Source: Kudoa neothunni (taxonomy: Eukaryota > Animalia > Cnidaria). Taken from it: a stretch of DNA of 64,000 nucleotides. The position numbers were made by a program, and so were the translations under genes. Shown in pieces: positions 54,721 through 64,000 of the stretch. Each line of letters starts with the position of its first letter. Positions within the stretch are counted from its first letter, which is position 1. The stretch is from the NCBI GenBank assembly GCA_964304625.1, contig OZ199838.1, positions 900,809 through 964,808 on the forward strand, given 5' to 3'. The notes under the pieces were generated by a model. The model saw nothing but the letters and a program-made list of their open reading frames with translations. It did not search any database and was not told where the DNA came from.

Positions 54721-57700
54721 AACATTGGAAACAAATACTGTACTTAATCGTCTCAATTTTTAGTATTTTTATACAAATGTTAATTTTAAAATATTTACAG
54801 TAAAAGAATTATTTGTAATTAAACTAATTTAGGATTTATAGCTTAAAAATGTATGATCGGATGAACAGAGATAAATTGGGATTACTATTGCGCTATTTAC
54901 ATTATTGTAATAAAAATTACGTAGTTTCATTTTCGATTATATAAAATAGTGCCTGCTTCTGATTTCTGATATAACAAAAAAAGGTATGTTTGAGTGGAGA
55001 ACCCTGATTAAGAGGTTGGTTGATTTAAAAATATTTCCATCAAAACTTCAAAGGAAAATTACCATTAAAACGTTATTTTCCATCCAATCCTATTAAGTGA
55101 AGGTTGTAATTTCACCATAATTTGCTTTAAGCGGAGGAACGCATGATTTCATTATTGAAGTGGTCCATCGACAAATCCTCAAACAAACACTAAACAATCA
55201 TCAAATATAGTGGTTAGCGTTGCCAACCACTATATTGGAAAAATCATAATTTTTCGTAAAAACTTAACTTATATTTAATTATATATATATAAATATAACG
55301 TTAATTCAAAATTAACTCAGAAACTTCTAATTTATGACATCATTTGGTCGATATGTAGAAACATTTTCTCATCAGAACAAGATTATCTAATGTAGAGCAC
55401 AATATTCAATTTTTTTCTGATAATTTCGATAATTCAAGTAGAGAAAATGCTCCTTCCGGAGAACCGTTAATCAGATCTAGAGGAAGTAGAGATGTGCTGT
55501 ATTTTCCAATAGAATTAAAATTTATTCGTCAATAAACAATAACCAAAAAAGCGATTGATAAAAATTTAATCTAACAAACTTTGTTTTTGAGTTTATTCAC
55601 TTCGTTTAATTTCCAACAATTGTATTACATTCTTTCAGTCTTTAATTCCATTTTTGAACAATATATAAAAAATATACCTAGACGAGGTTTTATTTTTATG
55701 TACGACCATTCATTCATTCAATGTGAGATAAATTAGTCAAGTAGATTATTTTTAGATAAATATTAATTTATTTAGGTATTAACTAAAATTATATTTTTTT
55801 GAAAATTGTTAACAAACACTTTTAATGATAACTTATAATGATAAGTTAGCATTGGATATCACCAACATCAGAATGCTTTAAATTCAAACACAAACATCTC
55901 TTCGTAATAATTCCAAATTTGTTTATGGTTAAGATGAAACTATCTTGTCGCTAATAATGGTAAAAACTTCAAATTTTTGATCTTAACAGGAGCATAACAT
56001 TTAAAACTGTGTTCATTTTGATAAATGTTTGGTATGTTTCTTTAAGCTCAATTTTTGTATTATGTGGGCTTTAAGAATTATAAAAATTCTTAATTGTATC
56101 TTGCTTTTGGTGAATTTTTATTGTAGACATTTTCATCTGAAATAAAGCATTTTTCCAAGTAGAAAATTATCTACTCGAAGATTTCTCGTAATAAAATCAA
56201 CAATCATTTAACTCCATCTTTTGTGAATTTGCAATAAGTCTATCGTTGACACGTTGTTTTGCGATTATTCAGTCTTTCGAAGAACGGAAGAAAAAATCGG
56301 ACATAACGTGGGGGACGTTTGGTGATGTTGATAGTGGTAAAGATTTAGTGAAATTTTAATTGACACAAATTATCATATTTATTGCGATAATATTTTCTCA
56401 AGTTCTGACTTAAAAGAAGAGTTTCTGCTGCGTAATTATTTCTAAATTTCTGTCATTTCCTAATTATAATAACAGATATTCTCTTCAATTATGGGTAAAT
56501 TCCCAATAATGAATTAATGGATCTGTTGTCTTTTACACTGACCATCAGTGAACGTTTTATTCATTAAAAAATCAACTGTAGCAACAAAGAGTGCACGTCG
56601 AGCCCTTGATACATCAACGAACACAGAGTCCGTTAGTTATTCTACTCAAAATAGAATTAGAAACTTATCTGAATCGATCATCGATCATATTTGACATTGT
56701 CGCTCATAACCCCCAAATAGTAGAAAAAAGCAGATGTCGATTATGTTTATGTCAAAGAAAGGCACAATTCGTTTTTTAAAATGTAATACCCCGTGTTGCA
56801 TATTAAAAGAAAGTTTTTATTTCTAATCTTACCATAATAAATAAAACTATAAAACTGCGTGAAAATCTGTTTTAAGTCATGCTTATCGTTGAAATTTTTT
56901 TGCGCAGGTACCCAAAGGGTATTCTAAATCTAGTACCCATGAAGAAAAATGTAAAAAAGTTGCATTAAAACATTTTATTAATTTATTTTATTTATATAAG
57001 CAATATTTTTTATGCATTAAATTCGTACTCTACAATATAATAATTCCCCTTTGTTTATTCTAAATTTTAATTAACAAAAATGATTATTTTATATAGAAAA
57101 AATATTTCGATTATTTTTGAACATATTCACTTTAAAAATTTAATTAATTCAATAAATTTATCTCAAAAATTTATTTTAATAAATTATGAGTCATTTCTAT
57201 GCTTTGTTGTAGTTTTAATAATTAAAATAATAACAGGAATGGATTTCAGCGTCGTGAATTTTTTAATATTCAAAATAATTCGTTTCATAGTGATTATAAA
57301 TTGTTAATAAATATTTTAAAACAAAGCGACTATATAATTAAATTATATAATGAATATTTCAGTTTATCAACTATAATTAAATCATTAATTCTAGTTGAGA
57401 CATTTATATTTATGTTCGGATTATGCACAAAAACAAAATAGGGTCAGTGTTATGTTTATTGAACGTATAATAACGCAAACGCGAAAGGTTAAGAATCATT
57501 GTCATAATGACACAAAACCGTAATCAATAATCTTAATTCCATTCGCAATAAGAATAAATTAAATGATTGTTGAATACCTTATAATATTCTTGTTAAAGGT
57601 TTATTTCATTTTTGATGAGAAAATAACGAAAACAATACATACTACAAGGAATGTATTCGAGTATATTTTTAATTTAATATAAAATTATCTACGCCTACAA

Positions 57701-58376
57701 TAACATAAACTGTTAGTTGATATGTTATAAGAATGAAATAAAAATATATTTTATAATATTTTGTTTAATTTATCATTGAAAACACTAAAAGTTATTCTGT
57801 AAACGCGTGTACATTATTATCATCTCTCCAAACAGGGAGTGTCCTTATGATGTCATACGACATTATTTTTCTTGAATTTTTCGCAAAAAATGTACTATTA
57901 TAATTTAGTTTACAATATATTCATATATATAGGTTGAATTATTTTTTCGACCAAAATGCTTTAAAAATTAAATTAATCTATAATAAATATTCAATAATAT
58001 TAACCAAATATTAAATATTAGATAATCATTATACGAAAAGGTTCAAACTTTAAAATATGAGAGAAACTAAATTAATAACTCAATATTCAACGAACTAATT
58101 AACAAACCAGAATTACAATCTTATTACTCAAAAGTAAAAATTTTATGCAATACAATATACATAGATAATTCGGAGAATTTCCAGATATCAATAAAAAAAT
58201 CGTTTCCAAGTCTAACAAAAGTTCCAGTTATCCAAATATAGAGTCTAATGAAAATTATAAACAACGTACATATGTCAACAACACAAAGATCTTGCGTATC
58301 GTGTATTGTCGGGTGAATAAAATCACAAAATCCGATCATCAGGACGAATTAATCCTAGCCTTGTTTGAGTAGAAGA

Positions 58377-59497
58377 ATGGACAGATTTGAGGAAACTGAA
58401 AACGATCTAAAACTGCTGGTCAACTCTATCAATGAGCGGATCAAGGGAACGCTACCTTATCTTGAAGGAGGTATCCTCTGTGTGGTGTTGTTTAATTTAA
58501 TTAACGTCGAACAGATCGAAGAAAAAAGGAGATCCGAGAGGTCGAGAATGACATTGATGAATCTTTTGCATTGGTATTTATTTATCTATTGGAATATATT
58601 TGGATTATAATATAACTCAAATTGACATAAATTTTTTAAATCAATTTCTACACATATAGGTTGGAATCTTACAAGATCATGCAGCTCTAGCACCAAGTTC
58701 ATTAAGTATGAAAATGAATGCGAAAATTCGAAACTACGAACGCAATTTAGAACGTTTTCAAACTAGTTTGGTAGATTTCTAAATTCCGTTATTTCTAATA
58801 CGATAACTTTTATCATCAAGTCCGAACAGACGATGGTTAGCACTAGAAAACAACTTTTTAATGATCCATTGAGTAATTTGAAAACTGATACCTCCTACGG
58901 ATATGTATTCATTTATTTCAATTGCGCTTTTGTCAATTGCGCTTTTGTTTACTCAACCTACTTTGTGAAGGTCCCTGAAAAAAGAACTGCCCTAGAAACA
59001 TTGGATCGACTTAATGATGTTACTGTGACAATTGAACGTTCCAACCAAATAGCCACTAATACAGGTTTCATTTTTTTGTTTTAGGTTTATTGATTGGCCC
59101 TTTAATTTTCTATATATGTATGTGTGTATGTATGTATGTATTTATGTATGTATATGTAGAGGCAATTGGAAACGAAATATTTACTGATCTCGACCAACAA
59201 CATCAATCCCTTGCCAAAACTAGAGATAGAGTATCCAACCTATTTTCATGCAACTGTAGAAAATTCTAATGATTTTTCGAAATAGTTGCTTGGGACCCAA
59301 GAAACTTTAAGCAAAACTAAACGACTCATTTTTCTAATACAAAACCAAGTAATAATTAATCGGTCGGTCTTTCTATGGTGAAATATTGTTATAAATTATT
59401 CAGAGTTCTCAGCAATAAGATCATACTTATGTTTATTATTTTCTTGGAGTTAGCTATTTTGGGAGGTGTTGTATATTTAAGATTTTTCAAAAAATGA
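58377..59497 (+). CDS. VTI1B: Qb-SNARE VTI1 (VTI1B-like), multi-exon
   Basis: N-terminal MDRFEETENDLKLL, then KIRNYERNL. SNARE motif IERSNQIATNT|EAIGNEIFTDLDQQHQSL. C-terminal TM NKIILMFIIFLELAILGGVVYLRFFKK*. Short GT-AG introns. Confidence 0.88.
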
Positions 59498-61099
59498 CGA
59501 TTTCGATTTATTTTTTGTTTTTTATGGATATTCTTTTTCTACTTGTCAACTCGCTATGTTCGCTTCATGTGCATCTAATGTATTATTATTATTTATTAAA
59601 TTTTTTATATATAATAAAAGATTATATTTATTTAAACTTGAAAAATTTAATTTTGTCGATCTCGATAATATTTTTTTAAACACAACGTTTAATGCTATTT
59701 TAACAAATAAGATTTAAACAATTAAAAATGAACTTTGACCACTCAAATTCAAATTGTTAAGGTACGACATTAAATATTAGGCCGCTAATGTTTTGGTTAA
59801 TTGTGGTTTTACTCTTTGCGCGTCTACACTTCAAAAAACATGTACATACGTTGAAATTGATTTATTGTTTTATAGTATTAAAAATATAATCAATATATAT
59901 TTTTTTATATAATATGTGTTTATGAGCGTTGTGAAAAAAAAACGATACATTGAATTAATAATAAATTATTTTATATACTTCGATAATGAAGACAATGAGT
60001 AATTTGAAGTAATTTATTACTCAGAATTATTGCTTGTCAAATATTTTTTTCAATTATTTAAAAATCATGTAAAGTTAGTCATTATTAGGCTATACCTCAT
60101 GATTTAAAATGATGATTTAAAGTTGTTCAAGATATTAGATAGTAGTTGAAATGATTAAGATAACTCGTTGATCAGTAATTATTATGGTATGACATTTCTG
60201 ATATTTCAGTTGGTAAAGAAAACTCATCTCGAATAATTTCAACGATATTTTATTTAGAGATAATTACTCTTGTTGTCAGACCCCTTCGTAATTCAAGTGA
60301 CACAAAGAATACAGTAAGCAACCAATTTCACCCACTTTTTAAAATCGTATTTAATACGAATATTGATTAGTCATTGTTTATATAATATATTTCTTACATT
60401 GTTTCAACAAAATTTTTTATAAAAATTATTTTAAAAAGCTGCGAAATAATATAATTAAGAGTCACGTGGTTGTCTAATTTCACACACTTTTTTAGGGTAC
60501 TTGTTGTTTATTATTTAGTCAAGTCAATATTTAATGACATAAAACTCCTACAACTATACCTATTGCCGTAAGGCACAAAATTACTTATTGTTACGACGAT
60601 AGTCTCAAATCTAATGGTCCATAAACTGCCACTATATCACTTTTTAAAATATTTATTATCTCAACTCTTAAATCAGGAGTCTTAATGACATCCTAGAAAT
60701 GAAAAATAAAATAATCAAAATCTATATACGTTTTTAGAATCTAAAAATAGACATTATTTTCAGGCAAGATAATTTTATTCTGTTGATGATGAAGATGATG
60801 ATGACGTATACGTGTACGTATATTAGTGGATAAAAAGCAAAAAGATTGAAGTAAGCGTTGCCACTATAATCATCTAGAGAAATCAATTAGCAAAAGAAAT
60901 AGGTTTACCTTCATGTGAAATTCGTGGAGGGTGTCGTTGTTTGAAATATGGAACAACATTAAATAATCAAATTTTATCAATTTATCTGTTGATGTTACGC
61001 CTGAAAGTACTTCAGGGTAGATCAATCAAATCAATACATTTTTTAGATACTCTGAAAATTTTATTTACAATGTAGAGGAAACTGCCGTATTCTACAAAT

Positions 61100-61160
61100 A
61101 GCAATAGCTACAGCAAAAGCAAAAGCAACAACAACTGCAACTGCAACTGCAACTGCAACA
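61100..61160. repeat. Hexanucleotide microsatellite (GCAAAA/GCAACT)n
   Basis: agcaaaagcaaaagcaacaacaactgcaactgcaactgcaactgcaac. Confidence 0.8.
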
Positions 61161-62458
61161 AGGGGAGTATTTCAGAGATTGTTGAAAAATAGTTTTTCGG
61201 TGTGATCACGTTTCTAGAGTTTAAATTATTTTTTAAAAATTGATACATATTTAATTGGCCTTTTTAAACGTAACTTTATCATCATTAAATGTCAATTTTT
61301 TCTTAAATAATTGTGCACGCGAGTGCCCAAAATTGAACTTGATTCACGTTCAATGGGACTATCGATAAAACCAAAGGTAACAAAGAGAACAAAATAATAT
61401 TATTAAATAACAGAAATTTTGGTTTAAACGGAATTTTCTAATTATTGTTTTCAATTGAATCGTCTTCGTCATCTTCACTATCCTTAGTTAGGAAGGTTGA
61501 TTTATTTTTCGAGCGCTCAAGATATCATTGCCTCACAACACCGCTGCTCACATCATGTGTTTATTTGTTGGATGCGACGTCAAACACGGGTTATTATTTC
61601 TTCTGATCAACTGCTTTGCGATGAGCTTACATTTTACAGTTTTAACCTTTGATGAGTTAGTTTATTTTGTTTTTACTGTGTTCATTGATGAATAAATTCG
61701 TTCAGCATTTGCAGTAGCTGGAATTTCCGTCTTTAGCATATTGATAAAGCCAATATTTAAATTCTAATTTTAATTAATCTTGATTGAAGCACATAATACC
61801 CCACTTTCTTTTTTGATTTCCGTTTGAAATTTCACGCATACTTCAAAATAATATACGTCAATAACTTCAAAATATCCAAATACAATCAGAGAGTAATACA
61901 AACAATTGAATAAATAACAATTTTCCAGGGTTCGGAAAACAGCACGTTGTCGACGACCGTGATATCTTTTTAAAATTTCGAATAATTTTAATTCTCTCCA
62001 TTATTAAAACAATAAATATGATTATTCTACCTAATTCTAAAACTTATTATTTATAAAATCATCTCAAAAAATTCAATAATCTAAAAGTTTTGTAAATAAA
62101 CAAAAAAAAAGTTTTGGACTCCCTGGACGTGACCAATTGTGCACACTTTTTTCTTGGTCCTGAGGGGATTTCGTGAAATTGACTCCTTGTCGTAATCGTA
62201 TTAGTATTTAGGAAGAGATATTTAGACTATAATGTTAATAAATAAAATATTTATTTAGCGCTATAACTTTCATTAGTTCGAATATTCACCTCTTTTACAA
62301 TTTTAAATTGTTCAATTATTTTCAATTTCTGAAGACCATTTTTAAAATTTAAGATTATTTACTAAAATTGTAGAAATTTAAGTGTTTAGTTACAATAGGC
62401 TACAAATTAAAAACTGATAGTAGATCAATCAAAAAATTTTATATTTGATACGTTAACG

Positions 62459-62497
<39 letters not shown>

Positions 62498-64000
62498 CAT
62501 ATATATGTGGTTTTGCATTTCTTATTCTATAGGAGACGAATGTGCTCATATAAAGATAACATGGTAGATTTTATTTAGAAACACTTTGTTGAATATTCGA
62601 CGTTTCACCAATTTTTGAAACATTTTTAGGTTTAATAGCTTTTTTAGTTAATATATTTGAAATAAAAGGGAGTTTAACTCTTGAGTGCCATATTCGAACA
62701 TACAGAGTTTTGTTGATTTGCTATTACGAGATATTTTCCAGGTGAATGAAAATTTGGAAGTATTATGTTCAACCCAGTAAAAACACATATTGGTTTTATC
62801 AACAATATAACCATTTTATCTTTAATAATTTTTAAAGGATTCATCAGGCTAAATTTTGGTATTTTCAGTATATTTCATGAACGTAGAAACTCAAAGTCAT
62901 AAATTAATTTGAGGAATAGTTTATATCGTTTTAAAGATTTAAAGATTTAAAAACAATTCAATTAAAAATTCTTCATATACACAAGCATAATATAGAAATT
63001 AATTTGATTATTTAAGTAAAATATATCCATTGTTGTATACGCTGTGTGCGTGACCTTTATTTTCCAAATTTAATTTTAAATTTTTTCATTAATAATGTTT
63101 CTCATTATCAGCAATCATTTAGTTTAACGAATAAGGATTACCTGCATGTTGCAATGAAATACACTAATCATGCTAGAAATTTAACAATTTAAACAATATT
63201 TTCTTAACAAAAATTATGCAAGAATATTTCAGAATTTAACTTTTAGACCACACCACGTGGAATTAGGGCAAATCTGTGATGTATTGTGCTTTAAAGTAGC
63301 TGAAATTTATATAACTGGTATTTGAAATTCTATACAATGTATAAAAAGCATGTTCAAACAGAAATATTTGTATTTTACGTATGAGACGGATTTAACATTA
63401 ATAAGAAATTATATTACCTGAAATAATACTATTCCTAATATAACATAATAATAAATTATTAATATAATGAAGGATGTATATAAATTTTAAATATGGTCTT
63501 CAAATTTTAATTATTTTCTGAATGAGAAACAATGTTATTTCCCGAAACTTATTTTTCTAATCCTCAATCATATAAGCCAATTTATGTTATCTTGCCTATC
63601 TTACATTAAACCCAATAAAAATTAAAAAATGGAGATGATTTTATCTGTTATTTATCTCTTATGGATGAATTTTTTTTAAATAATATTTATATTGTAGTGA
63701 ACTTTGCAGAAATTTTAAAAAATCCCACCTTTTTTAGAAATAACGATAAAACTTGTCGAATAAAAATAAAATAGATTCACCAACATTATTTCGTCGTTAA
63801 ATTCAGCTATAATTTGTTCTCGCAATCTCAAATGGAATGCATCCCACTTTTATGTATATATTCTAAACGTCAGCTCATTGTAACAAAATTACAATATAAT
63901 TATATATTTGAAGAGAATGAGTCATATAAAATATTGTTAGAATAGAATTGAATTGAATTGAATTGAATGAGTTATTGCTTTAAAAATCTCCCCAGTCATC

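Noticed and set aside
55300-56800. Patches of coding-like composition on the minus strand
   Set aside because: Frames are broken by stops, with no consistent splice model or homology.
1-64000. CRISPR arrays, operons, rRNA or prokaryotic defence systems
   Set aside because: The sequence is eukaryotic with spliceosomal introns. No repeat-spacer array or rRNA-like segment was seen.

Overview
Very AT-rich eukaryotic genomic DNA with spliceosomal introns, most of them about 38-70 nt. It is not prokaryotic. The AT-richness, tiny introns and strongly diverged metazoan-type genes suggest a fast-evolving animal parasite such as a myxozoan (inference only). Main result: splicing by hand joins scattered short ORFs into two tandem, intact, paralogous 11-exon genes, A (2957-24608, ~534 aa) and B (32207-40051, ~630 aa). 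Both encode type I membrane proteins: signal peptide, GDA1/CD39 (NTPDase/apyrase)-like ectodomain, Thr-rich mucin stalk, one TM helix and a basic tail ending RLKxTxY. The catalytic apyrase-conserved regions ACR1-4 look degenerate while the structural motifs remain, which suggests mucin-stalked pseudo-apyrases. Their few giant introns (14.5, 5.0 and 5.3 kb) hold decayed MULE, piggyBac, hAT-MITE, SINE and LINE-like sequence plus nested pseudogenes. The right part carries a Tc1/IS630-type element, a pogo/Tigger remnant, an 18-exon DHX34 helicase gene with one GC-AG intron, an almost AT-only satellite and a VTI1B-like SNARE gene.
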